Shown piece by piece: positions 1 through 9,814 of a DNA stretch of 64,000 nucleotides. A model generated the notes under the pieces. It made no database searches. It worked only from the letters and a program-made list of their open reading frames with translations, and was not told where the DNA came from. The stretch is from NCBI GenBank assembly GCA_043826355.1, contig JBDRQI010000036.1, positions 54,643-118,642 of the forward strand. Direction: 5' to 3'. The DNA is from Candidatus Omnitrophota bacterium. GTDB lineage: Bacteria; Ratteibacteria; UBA8468; MWAK01. Numbering within the stretch: position 1 is the first letter of the stretch; each line of letters opens with the position of its first letter. Position numbers and translations under genes: made by a program.

Positions 1-37
1 ACGGACAAAGCCATAATCTTTTTAGAGAAGAAAATAA

Positions 38-1066
38 ATGGCTTATCATAAGGTAAAAACAGAAGCCTGGCTGGACGCAATCTTCCGGCAGGCAAAAGAG
101 AGAGCGGTCTACGGCCTGAAGCGCAGCGGCGAGGGGCTTGTTTATCAGCGGCTCCGGGAAAAGACCGAAGTTGTGCTTTTTGAGACCAGACCGACTGAAC
201 CAATTAAACTCTTCTTCTATTTCCCTTCCGAATCGACAGCGTCTCTTCCGGAAGAACCGTTCCGGGAAGAGGAAAAACGGGTCCTGCTCGGCGTTAAGGC
301 CTGCGACCTGGAAGCGCTTAAGACGGCCGATTACGTTTACCGGCTCGGCGATGCGGTGGAGCCGCGTTACTACAGCCGCCGCAACAATACCCTGCTCATC
401 GGCAGCGACTGCACCCGGCCGAACCCAACCTGCTTCTGCAACCTCCACGGACGCTACTGCTACCCCCAGGAATATTTTGACATTAATCTTTCTTCTTTAA
501 ATAATAAAGAGATTATAATTGAAACCGGCAGCCCGCGGGGTGAGGAATTTCTGGCGGAACTAAACCTGAATTTAACCGAAGTCACCGGAGCCGACCTGAA
601 GATACGCGACAAAAACCGCCGGGGATACCTGGAAAAACTGAAAACAATCAATGCGCCTTTTGAACACCGGACACCCTATTCGGAAATCGTGCGTAAAAGC
701 AATGATGCCGCAACCTGGAAAAAGTACGGCCAGGAGATGTGCGTCCAGTGCCACGCCTGCAACCTCGGCTGCCCGACCTGTTATTGTTTCTCCTTTTCGG
801 ACCTTCCGGAGAAGAACGGAATGAAACGCTATAAAAACTGGGATTCCTGCCTGTCCGCCAGTTTTGCCCGGATGGCCAGCGGCGCTACCCCCAGGCACTC
901 CCGCTGGGAACGTTTCCGCTATCATTACTACCACAAATTTGATTACCTTAACGCCCTGCTCGGTTTTGATGCCTGCACCGGGTGCGGCCGCTGCATTGAA
1001 GGCTGCCTGGGCAAAATTGACAAACGCCAAGTATTATCAGATTTGGAAAAAGAGATAAATGGCTAA
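38..1066 (+). CDS. AsrA/sulfhydrogenase-beta (FlxB)-like 4Fe-4S protein
   Basis: GVKACDL motif, CTRPNPTCFC, and C-terminal CVQCHACNLGCPTCYCF, WDSC, CTGCGRCIEGC, the signature layout of the AsrA/HydB family. Confidence 0.85.
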   Translation: MAYHKVKTEAWLDAIFRQAKERAVYGLKRSGEGLVYQRLREKTEVVLFETRPTEPIKLFFYFPSESTASLPEEPFREEEKRVLLGVKACDLEALKTADYVYRLGDAVEPRYYSRRNNTLLIGSDCTRPNPTCFCNLHGRYCYPQEYFDINLSSLNNKEIIIETGSPRGEEFLAELNLNLTEVTGADLKIRDKNRRGYLEKLKTINAPFEHRTPYSEIVRKSNDAATWKKYGQEMCVQCHACNLGCPTCYCFSFSDLPEKNGMKRYKNWDSCLSASFARMASGATPRHSRWERFRYHYYHKFDYLNALLGFDACTGCGRCIEGCLGKIDKRQVLSDLEKEING

Positions 1067-1889
1067 GATTAATCCGTATCAACCCTATGCGGTGGAACTC
1101 CTGAAGGTTACCGAGGAGAGTCCGTTAATCAGGACTTTCACCATGGTCGCTCCTCCCAACTTCCGCTTCCTGGCCGGGCAGTTTGTGGAAATCTCGGTTC
1201 CGGGAAAAGGCGAGGCGCCGTTTACGCCTTCCTCCTCCCCTTACGAAACGAATTATCTTGAAGTCAGCGTGGCAAAGGTCGGCGGCGTCACCGAAACGCT
1301 CCACTCCTTGCAGCCGGGCGCAATCCTCGGCCTCAGGGGACCTTTCGGCAAGGACTATCCGCTGGAAAAGTTCACGGGAAAAGATATCCTGTTAGTCGGC
1401 GGTGGCGTCGGTCTGGCTCCGCTGCGCAGTTTATTCCTGTCTTTGGTTCACGAATTGAAACGTTTTAATAAGATACGTTTTTGCTGCGGTTCACGCACCC
1501 CGCAGGATTTCATTTACAAGGAGCATATTTTTGATCTCTGGCAGAAGATCGACCCCAAGGTCTCCCTCCGGATTACGGTTGACCGCTGCGAAGACGATTG
1601 CTGGAAGGGAGATGTGGGTGTGGTAACCAAGACGCTGGACAATCTTGACCTGGAAATCAAAAACAGCGTTGCGGTGGTCTGCGGACCTCCGATTATGATG
1701 AAATTTACCACTTTCAAACTCCTGGAATTGGGCTACCGGCCGGAAAATATCTATCTTTCTATGGAACGGATGATGGTCTGCGGTCTGGGTCATTGTCAGC
1801 ACTGCGGAATCGGCAAGTATCTGGTCTGCAAGGACGGTCCGGTATTTGCTTATCAGGATATTAAGGACGAGCCGGAGATATGGGCGTAA
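1059..1889 (+). CDS. AsrB/sulfhydrogenase-gamma (FlxA)-like FAD/NAD(P)-binding [2Fe-2S] oxidoreductase
   Basis: GQFVEIS..GEAPFTPSS, RGPFG, GGGVGLAPLRS, CGPPIMM, ERMMVCGLGHCQHC..CKDGPVF; overlaps the previous gene. Confidence 0.88.
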   Translation: MAKINPYQPYAVELLKVTEESPLIRTFTMVAPPNFRFLAGQFVEISVPGKGEAPFTPSSSPYETNYLEVSVAKVGGVTETLHSLQPGAILGLRGPFGKDYPLEKFTGKDILLVGGGVGLAPLRSLFLSLVHELKRFNKIRFCCGSRTPQDFIYKEHIFDLWQKIDPKVSLRITVDRCEDDCWKGDVGVVTKTLDNLDLEIKNSVAVVCGPPIMMKFTTFKLLELGYRPENIYLSMERMMVCGLGHCQHCGIGKYLVCKDGPVFAYQDIKDEPEIWA

Positions 1890-2380
1890 AAAAACTGGTC
1901 GTTGATTTTGAGATTTGCCGGAAGTGCAAGGACTGCACCATCAAATGCAGTTTTCCTTTCCATCCGGTGAACGACGGAACGCTGACTCTGCGCGAGATGA
2001 TTTCCTGGCAGGTGGTCTGCCGGCGCTGTAACCAGCCCGGTTGCGTGGCATCCTGCCCGACCGAAGCGCTGAAGAAAAGAGAAGACGGTCTGATTGAACG
2101 TTCCAACACCCTGTGCATCTCCTGCAAATCCTGCACCATCGGCTGTCCCTTCGGAACCATCTTTCCGGAACTGGTTCCGTATCTGACGACCGGATGCGAT
2201 TACTGCCAGAACCGCATGGCGGAAGGCGAACAACCGCTTTGCGTCCAGAGTTGTCCGCTGGGCGCCATTGAATACCGGGAAATCAAAGAAAAAGAAAATG
2301 TAACCTCGGTAAACCCGGATACGGTCGCCGGCATCGCCACGTCCTGGCAAAAAATTATAGAGAAAAAAAATAAAAAATGA
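1880..2380 (+). CDS. HycB/CooF-like polyferredoxin (about 4x[4Fe-4S]) electron-transfer subunit
   Basis: CRKCKDCTIKC, CRRCNQPGCVASCP, CISCKSCTIGCP, CDYC..CVQSCP. Confidence 0.8.
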   Translation: MGVKKLVVDFEICRKCKDCTIKCSFPFHPVNDGTLTLREMISWQVVCRRCNQPGCVASCPTEALKKREDGLIERSNTLCISCKSCTIGCPFGTIFPELVPYLTTGCDYCQNRMAEGEQPLCVQSCPLGAIEYREIKEKENVTSVNPDTVAGIATSWQKIIEKKNKK

Positions 2381-3297
2381 ATATATTTCATTTCCTGATT
2401 TTTCCCGGATTCGTCTTCGCCGGCCTGGTCGGATTAGCCGCCACCTGGGTTGACCGGAAAGTCACCGCCCGTCTGCAGTGGCGGGTGGGACCTCCTTTCC
2501 TCCAGCCCTTTTACGACATTGGAAAACTTCTGACCAAAGAGGTTACCATTCCGAATTCCGCCGACCGGATGACTTTTGTGCTGGCGCCGATGGTTGGTCT
2601 GGCTGCCGCCGGCCTGGTGGCCGCCATCATGGGCATGAGCATCTCCGGAAACCTAAACTTTGCCGGGGACTTAATCGTGGTAATTTATCTCCTGACCATC
2701 CCCAGCCTGATGATGATGTTAGGCGGATTCGCCTCCGGCAACATCCTGGCGCAGGTCGGATCCAGCCGGGAGATGAAACTTATCCTTGCCTACGAACTGC
2801 CTTTCCTGCTGGCCATCGCCGCGGTAATCTTTAAAAACGGTTTCAGTCTCCGGCTGAACGAACTGCTCGCCTTTCAGCGATTAAGCGGCCTGACTATCGG
2901 AAGCATTTCCGGGTTCCTTTCTTTCCTGGCCATCATCCTTTCCGTGCAGGCAAAGTTAGGGTTGCCGCCTTTTGATATCAGCGAGGCCGAAACAGAACTG
3001 ATGGCCGGCCCGCTGATAGAATATTCCGGACTGCTCCTATCTTTCTTCCGGTTCACCAAGACGCTCCTTTTTTACAGCCTGCCCCTCTTAATCGTCATCC
3101 TCTTTTTCGGCGGAATATCTTTCTCCGGTTGGCACATCCTGACCGGAATTTTGAAATATGTCGGAGTACTCGCCCTGCTAATTGTTATCAAAAATACCAA
3201 TCCCCGGGTACGGGTGGACCAGGCCCTGAACTTTTTCTGGAAACGGGTTGCGCCGCTCGCGCTGGCCGGTCTTATTTTTGCCCTGGCGGGGTTGTAA
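2377..3297 (+). CDS. mbhM: Hydrogenase membrane anchor subunit (NuoH/MbhM/HyfC family)
   Basis: DRKVTARLQWRVGPP..QPFYDIGKLL, PPFDISEAETELMAGPLIEYSG, PRVRVDQ; multiple TM segments. Confidence 0.88.
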   Translation: MNIFHFLIFPGFVFAGLVGLAATWVDRKVTARLQWRVGPPFLQPFYDIGKLLTKEVTIPNSADRMTFVLAPMVGLAAAGLVAAIMGMSISGNLNFAGDLIVVIYLLTIPSLMMMLGGFASGNILAQVGSSREMKLILAYELPFLLAIAAVIFKNGFSLRLNELLAFQRLSGLTIGSISGFLSFLAIILSVQAKLGLPPFDISEAETELMAGPLIEYSGLLLSFFRFTKTLLFYSLPLLIVILFFGGISFSGWHILTGILKYVGVLALLIVIKNTNPRVRVDQALNFFWKRVAPLALAGLIFALAGL

Positions 3298-3347
3298 AAA
3301 TGCGGGAGGGGATACAGCCCATCCCCCCTATATCAATAAAGAACTAT

Positions 3348-3770
3348 ATGGATTTAAAAACAAATCTGCTGACGCGGTCGCTCTGGGTCTTCCACCTGTC
3401 AGCCGCTTCCTGCAATAACTGCGATATAGAAATTCTGGACCTCTTGACTCCGCGGCATGACGTGGAGAGGTTCGGGATTGTGCTGACCGGAAGCATCCGC
3501 CACGCGGATGTCCTGCTGGTTACCGGCATCGTCAACCGGAAGAACGTGCCGCGCGTCAAACGTCTTTACGAACAGGCGGCGAAACCGGTTTTGGTGGTTG
3601 CGGTCGGTTCCTGCGCCTGCAGCGGCAATATTTTTCGGACCGGTTACCAGTTCGCCGGACCACTGGATAAAATTATTCCGGTAGACGCCTACATCCCGGG
3701 CTGTCCCCCGAAACCAGAAGCGATGATTGACGGAATCGTGAAACTGATCGGTAAGTTAAAAGGAAAATAA
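3348..3770 (+). CDS. mbhJ: [NiFe]-hydrogenase small subunit (NuoB/MbhJ/EchC family)
   Basis: SCNNCDIE, DVERFG, HADVLLVTG, GSCACSG, IPGCPPKP; start moved to ATG 3348 because the longer ORF runs through the previous gene and a repeat. Confidence 0.88.
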   Translation: MDLKTNLLTRSLWVFHLSAASCNNCDIEILDLLTPRHDVERFGIVLTGSIRHADVLLVTGIVNRKNVPRVKRLYEQAAKPVLVVAVGSCACSGNIFRTGYQFAGPLDKIIPVDAYIPGCPPKPEAMIDGIVKLIGKLKGK

Positions 3771-3771
3771 T

Positions 3772-3848
3772 TGTCATCCCCGTATGTGGTAAACGGGGAT
3801 CCAAACCGAAAATAAATGGATTCCCGCTTAATACACGCGGAAATGACA
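3772..3848. repeat. TGTCAT(T/C)CCC...GAATGACA family palindromic doublet
   Basis: TGTCATCCCCG..CGGGGATCCA..TGGATTCCCGC..GCGGAAATGACA; halves recur at 13611-13641 and 32617-32648. Confidence 0.7.
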
Positions 3849-3850
3849 CC

Positions 3851-4333
3851 ATGAATATGGAATCAAAAAATAAATTTCAGGAGAAATTTCAGGAAATTTT
3901 TTCCGAATATACCGAGGTCCGGAAGCGCATCTACGCAACCATCCCGGCGGATTCGCTCCGAACGGTGGTCGGTTTTCTTTTCAACGACCTGGCGGCGCGT
4001 TTCATAATCGCCTCCGGTTTTGACAACGGCAAAGAGATTGAAATCCTGTACCATTTTTCCTTTGATTCTTCGGGCGAAATTGTCAGTTTGCGGGTATTGC
4101 TGGACCGGAACAAGCCGGAAGTGGATTCCCTGGCGCCGCTCTTCCGCGGCTCCTTCTGGATTGAGCGGGAAATCTGGGAGATGCTCGACGTCAATTTCCG
4201 AGAACACCCGCGGCTGGAAAAGTTTCTTTTCTCGGAAGATTGGCCGGACAGTTGCTATCCGTACCAGGTGCCGCCGGACCGGACCAACCGTCCGCCCAAC
4301 GCTCCTCCGGCCCAGGGCAAGTTAAAATTTTAG
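3851..4333 (+). CDS. mbhK: NuoC/MbhK-like hydrogenase subunit
   Basis: EILYHFSFD, VDSLAPLF..WIEREIWEMLDVNFREHPRLEK..SEDWP. Confidence 0.85.
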   Translation: MNMESKNKFQEKFQEIFSEYTEVRKRIYATIPADSLRTVVGFLFNDLAARFIIASGFDNGKEIEILYHFSFDSSGEIVSLRVLLDRNKPEVDSLAPLFRGSFWIEREIWEMLDVNFREHPRLEKFLFSEDWPDSCYPYQVPPDRTNRPPNAPPAQGKLKF

Positions 4334-4381
4334 CAAATCATGAAAATGCAGGGGAAGGGTTACATCCCCTCCCGGATACCT

Positions 4382-5566
4382 ATGAATAAAAAAGAAGTAA
4401 TTGTTCCCATCGGACCTTACCACCCGCTCCTGGAAGAGCCGGAGTTTTTCAAGCTCTTCGTAGAGGGTGAAAAGGTCGTTGACATTGACTGGCTGGCCGG
4501 AATGAACCACCGGGGCATAGAGAAGATTTCGGAGGGAAAGAGTTACGACCAGGTTCCTTTTCTGGTAGAGCGTATTTGCGGAATTTGTTCCACCAGTCAT
4601 CCCCTTGCCTTCGTCAACGCGGTGGAAAATATTGTCAACCTGGAAATTCCGGAACGCGCCAGATACATCCGCACCTTTGTGGCGGAAATGGAACGCATCC
4701 ACAGCCATTTACTCTGGGTTGGACTGGCTGGCCATTTTCTGGGTTACAACACGGTTTTTATGTGGGCCTGGAAATGGCGGGAACCGGTCCTGGATATAAT
4801 GGAACTGACAACCGGCAACCGCAATAATTATGCGATGATGTGCCCGGGCGGGGTGCGCCGGGATATGTTTGAAGAAGATTTTCCTTTTATCCAATCAAAA
4901 CTGGATGATGTAAAAACCAAAGTGAATATGCTGGCGGCGGCGGTTCCGGATGACCCGGTCCTTATGGCCCGGCTCAAAGGAGTGGGCATACTGACCGCAG
5001 AAGACATCCATAATTACGGCGCGGTCGGTCCGGTGGCGCGGGCAAGCGGCGTAGCCATTGACGTGCGCCGGGACGACCCTTACGCGGCATACGACCAGGT
5101 TGACTGGGAGGTAGTCACGGAACCGGACGGCGACCTGCTGGCGCGCACCAAAGTCCGGCTTCTGGAAATTTTACAGGCGGTAAAGATATCGGAACAGTGC
5201 CTGGCCCGTCTTAAGGATACTAAAGGCGCTATCATGACGAAAATCAGGGAGATACCGGCCGGCGAAGGCATCGGTCACTGCGAAGCGCCCCGGGGCGAAT
5301 GCTTCCATTACATCCGCAGCGACGGCACCAATCGTCCCATCCGGCACAAGATACGCGCGCCCAGCTACACCTGCATCCCGACTTTTGAAAAATCCGTGGT
5401 GGGCGGTCAGATTGCCGATGCCCTGATTTGCCTGGCCGGCGTTGACCCCTGTTACTGCTGTACCGAACGTCTCTCCGCGGTCGCGGAGGACGGAAAGACC
5501 CTGGACGGAGAGACCCTGCTGCGCCTTTCCGTGGAAAAGACGCAGAAATTGAAACAAAAAATGTAG
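4382..5566 (+). CDS. mbhL: Group 4 (Mbh/4g-like) [NiFe]-hydrogenase large subunit
   Basis: IGPYHP, HRGIEK, L1 motif ERICGICSTSH, EAPRGE, L2 motif DPCYCCTER followed by a C-terminal extension; all four Ni-Fe Cys present; start placed at ATG 4382 (upstream part is a repeat). Confidence 0.92.
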   Translation: MNKKEVIVPIGPYHPLLEEPEFFKLFVEGEKVVDIDWLAGMNHRGIEKISEGKSYDQVPFLVERICGICSTSHPLAFVNAVENIVNLEIPERARYIRTFVAEMERIHSHLLWVGLAGHFLGYNTVFMWAWKWREPVLDIMELTTGNRNNYAMMCPGGVRRDMFEEDFPFIQSKLDDVKTKVNMLAAAVPDDPVLMARLKGVGILTAEDIHNYGAVGPVARASGVAIDVRRDDPYAAYDQVDWEVVTEPDGDLLARTKVRLLEILQAVKISEQCLARLKDTKGAIMTKIREIPAGEGIGHCEAPRGECFHYIRSDGTNRPIRHKIRAPSYTCIPTFEKSVVGGQIADALICLAGVDPCYCCTERLSAVAEDGKTLDGETLLRLSVEKTQKLKQKM

Positions 5567-5645
5567 GCCGGGGTTATAACCCCGCCCGCGGGCCCCGTAG
5601 AGTGAAGTCACTCAACGGGGCGGGTCGGATAAATCCGACCCTTAC
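5563..5645. repeat. GTAG-type REP/REPIN-like composite supplying the mbhL stop
   Basis: GTAG, CGGGGTTATAACCCCG, inner GCCCCG..CGGGGC, GGGTCGGATAAATCCGACCC TTAC. Confidence 0.7.
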
Positions 5646-5655
5646 GAAAACATAA

Positions 5656-6876
5656 ATGCACACGTTAACTTTTACTTTATTCGGCGAAACTCTGAAATTT
5701 TCAAGCGACCCCATCGCCCTGTTCTTCGCGTTATTTTCCACGATGGTGGGATTCTTGATATTTCTCTACTCGCTGCCTTACACTAAAGGAAAAGCGCACC
5801 GGGCCGAATTCTACAGTTACCTCTGTCTCTTCTGGGTCGGGATGCTCGGCCTGGTCTTTTCCGGGCACCTCATCCTGTTTTACCTTTTCTGGGAAGTAAC
5901 CGCGCTCTCCTCCTGGCGGCTGATCGGTTTTTACCGGAAACCCGAAGACATCAAGGCCGCGAACAACGCTCTCCTGGTGACCTTCGGCGGTTCCTCCCTG
6001 ATGCTCCTGGCCTTTATCCTTATCTACCTTCAGACCGGTACCTTTGACCTTGGGAGCCTCAGCGGTTTCCGTTTGAATAATTCTATTTACCTTCTCATCC
6101 TGGCCGGCATCTTGAGCAAGAGCGCCATCTTTCCTTTCAACGAATGGCTGCCGGCCGCCGGCATAGCCGCCGCTCCGGTCACCGCCTTCCTGCATGCGGC
6201 GGTGTTAGTTAAAATCGGGCTTTACGCCTTCATCCGTTTATTTTATACCGCATTTGTGCCGCCGCCGGCCGCCGCCTATCTTCCTTTTCTCTTTATCGTC
6301 AGCTGCCTGGTAACCGGATTCGCCGCTCTGCGTGAAGATGATTTCAAGCGGCTCCTGGCTTATTCCACCATTAGCCAGTTATCGCTCATCTATTTTAGTT
6401 TGTCGCTCTTTACCGCGGTCGGCCTGACCGGAGCCGTCGCCTTTATCCTGGCCCACGCCTTCGGAAAATCCGGACTCTTCCTGACCGCCGGCGTCATCGA
6501 ACATGAAACCGGAGAACGCAACATCCGGAAGATGGGCGGCTATTTTAAATCCCAGCCGTTGCTTTCCGTCCTCTTCCTGTTATCCGCTTTTTCGGTAATC
6601 GGAATTCCGCCCTTCCTCGGTTTCTGGGGAAAGGTAATGCTTATCGCGTCACCTTTTGCGGCCGGCAATTTAGTCCTGGGCTTTTTGGGAATATTAGCCG
6701 GTGGCCTTACCCTCATCTATCTCTTGCGCGCTTTCCACCATGTCTTTCTGGGCAAAGAGAACCTGCCGTTCCTGCGCCCGGTCCCAAAATTATTTTACGT
6801 CTCGATCTCGGCCCTGGCATTTTTTTCGTTACTGTTTGGCCTGTGGCCAAATTTGATTTTATATTTATTCAGGTAG
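5656..6876 (+). CDS. Antiporter-like membrane subunit (NuoL/MrpA/HyfB family)
   Basis: FYLFWEVTALSSWRLIGF, KSAIFPFNEWLP, AFLHAAVLVKIG, KRLLAYSTISQ, HAFGKSGLFL. Confidence 0.85.
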   Translation: MHTLTFTLFGETLKFSSDPIALFFALFSTMVGFLIFLYSLPYTKGKAHRAEFYSYLCLFWVGMLGLVFSGHLILFYLFWEVTALSSWRLIGFYRKPEDIKAANNALLVTFGGSSLMLLAFILIYLQTGTFDLGSLSGFRLNNSIYLLILAGILSKSAIFPFNEWLPAAGIAAAPVTAFLHAAVLVKIGLYAFIRLFYTAFVPPPAAAYLPFLFIVSCLVTGFAALREDDFKRLLAYSTISQLSLIYFSLSLFTAVGLTGAVAFILAHAFGKSGLFLTAGVIEHETGERNIRKMGGYFKSQPLLSVLFLLSAFSVIGIPPFLGFWGKVMLIASPFAAGNLVLGFLGILAGGLTLIYLLRAFHHVFLGKENLPFLRPVPKLFYVSISALAFFSLLFGLWPNLILYLFR

Positions 6877-6944
6877 GGGCTTTATTTATCAAGCCCGCGG
6901 GTCGGATGTCGTAGATCCGCCTCAGGCGGGAATGCGACCCCTGC
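6873..6944. repeat. GTAG-type REPIN-like composite
   Basis: GTAGGGGCTT..AAGCCC followed by GGGTCGGAT[insert]GAATGCGACCCCTGC; near-identical to 26115-26185. Confidence 0.75.
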
Positions 6945-6963
6945 ACAATAATTTAACCAAATT

Positions 6964-8796
6964 ATGCTTCTATTATTCGGTCCTTTTGCCGCCGGTTTTC
7001 TGTCTGCCGTATTACCCGGACGGACAATAAAAAAGGTTCTTGCCCTATTGGGAAGCCTTGCCGCCTTCTTAGGGCCCGTCATTTTCGGAAATATGTCCCG
7101 GCCGCTGTTTTCGGTTTCGGTTCTCGGCACCGATTTTACTTTCCTGATCAACCCCGACAACCTCTCCCTGATCTTTGCAACCCTGATCGGCCTGCTTGCC
7201 TTCCTGGCCACCCTCTTCTCTTTTAATTACGTAAAAGAAAGGGAAGGATACTATTACGGATTCCTCCTTACTTTTGTCGGAGCCATGGAAGGCGCGGTCC
7301 TGGCCGGAAATTTCCTGACGCTCTTCTTCTTCTGGGAATTGATGACCGCCGCCTCCTACTTTTTAATAATTTTTGACGGCACCAGAGAATCGGAAAACGC
7401 CGGTAAAAAATATTTCCTGATGACCGGGCTCCTCTCTCTCCTGATGCTCTTCTCCATCTTCGGTCTCCGATTTATGGCCCCGGGCAGCCGGTTTGACTAC
7501 AATCTTTTCGTCCTGGCGTTTTTGCTGGCCGCCGGCGTCAAGGCCGGTATCGTCCCGCTCCACTCCTGGCTGCCGGAAGCGCACCCGGCTGCGCCCTCGC
7601 CGGTTTCCGCGCTCCTTTCCGGCGTGATGATCAAGATCGGCATTTATCTTTTAATCCGGATTATCTACCCGCTCCTGATGCCCGGCCCCAACTGGCTCTT
7701 TGTCATTTCATTCCTGGGAGCCGTCACCATTCTCATCGGCGTCATCAACGCACTTGCCCAACACGACTTCAAACGGCTCCTGGCATTCCACTCCATCAGC
7801 CAGGTCGGCTATATCCTGCTGGGTATCGGCTGCGGAACCGGCCTCGGCCTGGCCGGCGGGATCTTCCACGTCATCAACCACGCCCTCTTTAAAGGCTTGC
7901 TCTTCCTGATAAGCGGCGTCATCCTTACCATTTACGGAACCAGGGACCTGGATAAAATATCCGGCCTCTTCCGGAAACTGCCCTTAACCTTTGCGGCCTG
8001 CCTGGTCGCCTCCTTATCCATCTCCGGCATGCCTCCCTTTAACGGCTTTGCGTCAAAGTGGATTATCTACCAGGCCTTAATCGCCCAAGCAACGCCGGCC
8101 GCCTATTTCTTCCTTGTGGCCGCTATGTTCGGCAGCGCCCTTACCCTGGCCTCTTTCCTGAAGGTACTGGCCGGGCTCTTCTTCGGAAATTTCCGGGCGC
8201 CGGCCAATCTTGTCTCCGAAAAGATAGAGCGCGGCCTTCCGTTCGGGTTACCATTAACCATCCTTTCCCTGCTCTGCATCACCCTGGGTGTCTGGCCGAA
8301 TTTGGTCCTGAATCCGTTCATACTTCCGATGGTAGAAGATATCTTTGGCCCAACAACCCTGCCGGGCCTCTACTCGTCTTCCCTGGCCACCGGCCTGCTG
8401 GTCATCGCCCTGCTCCTGGGACTTCTGCTCTTCTTCCTGCTCTCTTTCCGGGTGCGCCGGACCGAAACCTATATCGGCGGAAATGATGTTACCGCCGAAA
8501 TGGCCTATCCGGCAACCCATTTCTATAAAACGATTGAAGACGGCCCCCTGGCCGGATATTACCGACGGGAAACAAACGGTTCTTTTGATTTGTACTTTAT
8601 CGGCGCCGGAATTAAAGAAATCGCTTCAAATATCTTTGCCGGCCTGACGGCGGCCGGCAGCGGCCTGGCCTGGCCCGTCCTGAAAGCGCTGAAAGAAGCA
8701 AAGGAATTCTTCCGGGAAGTGCATAACGGATTGTTGCAGCGCTACATCCTGTGGCTCTTTGTCGGACTCTTAATTTTCCTTTTTATTTTCTGGTGA
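6964..8796 (+). CDS. Antiporter-like membrane subunit with long C-terminal extension (HyfB/MrpD/NuoL family)
   Basis: FFFWELM, KAGIVPLHSWLPEAHPAAPSPVSALLSG, KRLLAFHSISQ, NHALFKGLLF, GMPPFNGFASKW; C-terminal HNGLLQRY(ILW) helix as in NuoL/MbhI. Confidence 0.85.
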   Translation: MLLLFGPFAAGFLSAVLPGRTIKKVLALLGSLAAFLGPVIFGNMSRPLFSVSVLGTDFTFLINPDNLSLIFATLIGLLAFLATLFSFNYVKEREGYYYGFLLTFVGAMEGAVLAGNFLTLFFFWELMTAASYFLIIFDGTRESENAGKKYFLMTGLLSLLMLFSIFGLRFMAPGSRFDYNLFVLAFLLAAGVKAGIVPLHSWLPEAHPAAPSPVSALLSGVMIKIGIYLLIRIIYPLLMPGPNWLFVISFLGAVTILIGVINALAQHDFKRLLAFHSISQVGYILLGIGCGTGLGLAGGIFHVINHALFKGLLFLISGVILTIYGTRDLDKISGLFRKLPLTFAACLVASLSISGMPPFNGFASKWIIYQALIAQATPAAYFFLVAAMFGSALTLASFLKVLAGLFFGNFRAPANLVSEKIERGLPFGLPLTILSLLCITLGVWPNLVLNPFILPMVEDIFGPTTLPGLYSSSLATGLLVIALLLGLLLFFLLSFRVRRTETYIGGNDVTAEMAYPATHFYKTIEDGPLAGYYRRETNGSFDLYFIGAGIKEIASNIFAGLTAAGSGLAWPVLKALKEAKEFFREVHNGLLQRYILWLFVGLLIFLFIFW

Positions 8797-8797
8797 T

Positions 8798-9310
8798 ATG
8801 AATACATTCTTTATAGTCCTGACTATTTTTATGATTGCCGCTGCCCTGGTGGCGGTCTTCACCCGTTGGCTCATCTCTTCGGTTGTGGCGGTGGGCGCGG
8901 TGGGCTTCCTGGTGGCAATCGCCTTTCTCCTGATGGGCGCCCCGGACCTGGCCATTACCCAGGTCGTGGTGGAAATCATCAGTTTGGTAATCCTGGTCCG
9001 GGCAACCGTCAACCGGGATACCACGGTCAGTAACTACCGGGCGGAAATTTTCGCCTTCGGGGCGATGGCCGTAATTACCGCGGCGCTCCTGGTCTTTTCC
9101 ACGGCAACCCTGATAGCCATCCATCCGTTCGGAGAGGCCTCCCTGCCGGTGGCGCAGCATTATCTGGATAACGCGCTGAAAGAGACCGGAGCGGCCAATG
9201 TCGTAACCGGCGTAATCCTGGATTACCGCGCCTACGACACCCTGGGCGAGGCAACCGTAATCTTCGTCGCAATCGTGGGCGCCTTGGCCCTTTTAAGAAA
9301 GAAGAGGTAA
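8798..9310 (+). CDS. MbhD-MbhE fusion-like subunit (MrpA C-terminal / MnhB-related)
   Basis: MGAPDLAITQVVVE (MbhD/DUF4040-like) and ETGAANVVTGVILDYRAYDTLGEATV (MbhE-like). Confidence 0.82.
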   Translation: MNTFFIVLTIFMIAAALVAVFTRWLISSVVAVGAVGFLVAIAFLLMGAPDLAITQVVVEIISLVILVRATVNRDTTVSNYRAEIFAFGAMAVITAALLVFSTATLIAIHPFGEASLPVAQHYLDNALKETGAANVVTGVILDYRAYDTLGEATVIFVAIVGALALLRKKR

Positions 9311-9313
9311 AAT

Positions 9314-9814
9314 ATGCCTGACCTGTTCAATAATGATGCGGGAATGGACGAAATTATCAAATCCATCAGCCGCCTGATGCTTCCGTTCATCATTACCTTC
9401 GGCGGTTATATTATCTTTTTCGGCCATCTCACGCCGGGCGGCGGGTTCTCCGGCGGCGTAATCCTGGCCTCCGCCTTTCTCCTGATAACGCTCTCTTTCG
9501 GAAAGAATTTTATCCGGCGGAAGATAACCGAGTCCAACACGCACCTGCTGGACAGTTTCGGCGCACTCCTCTTTGCCCTGCTGGCCATCGCCGGTTTCGC
9601 CGCCGGTTATTTCTTCAAAAATACCCTGCCGGCCGGCGCTCCGTACACTTTGAGCAGCGGCGGTCAGATACCGCTGCTCAATTTCGCCATCGGCGTTAAG
9701 GTGGCGGCCGGCCTCTTCGGGGTCTTTCTGACCCTTTCCATGGTGCGGGTCCGCCGAAAAGGAAAAGAGCGCCAGTACTTCTTTTCCGACGAAACAACCG
9801 GGGAGAAAAAATAA
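9314..9814 (+). CDS. mrpB: Mrp antiporter subunit B-like (MbhF)
   Basis: GHLTPGGGFSGG, SGGQIPLLNFAIGVKV. Confidence 0.85.
   Translation: MPDLFNNDAGMDEIIKSISRLMLPFIITFGGYIIFFGHLTPGGGFSGGVILASAFLLITLSFGKNFIRRKITESNTHLLDSFGALLFALLAIAGFAAGYFFKNTLPAGAPYTLSSGGQIPLLNFAIGVKVAAGLFGVFLTLSMVRVRRKGKERQYFFSDETTGEKK

Noticed and set aside
38..1889. Anaerobic sulfite reductase AsrABC
   Set aside because: No siroheme AsrC gene follows; the genes run directly into hydrogenase subunits
3129..3347. N-terminal extension of the hydrogenase small-subunit ORF
   Set aside because: Overlaps mbhM in another frame and crosses a repeat. The same reasoning applies to the extensions at 30800, 33273, 55171, 59775 and 60787
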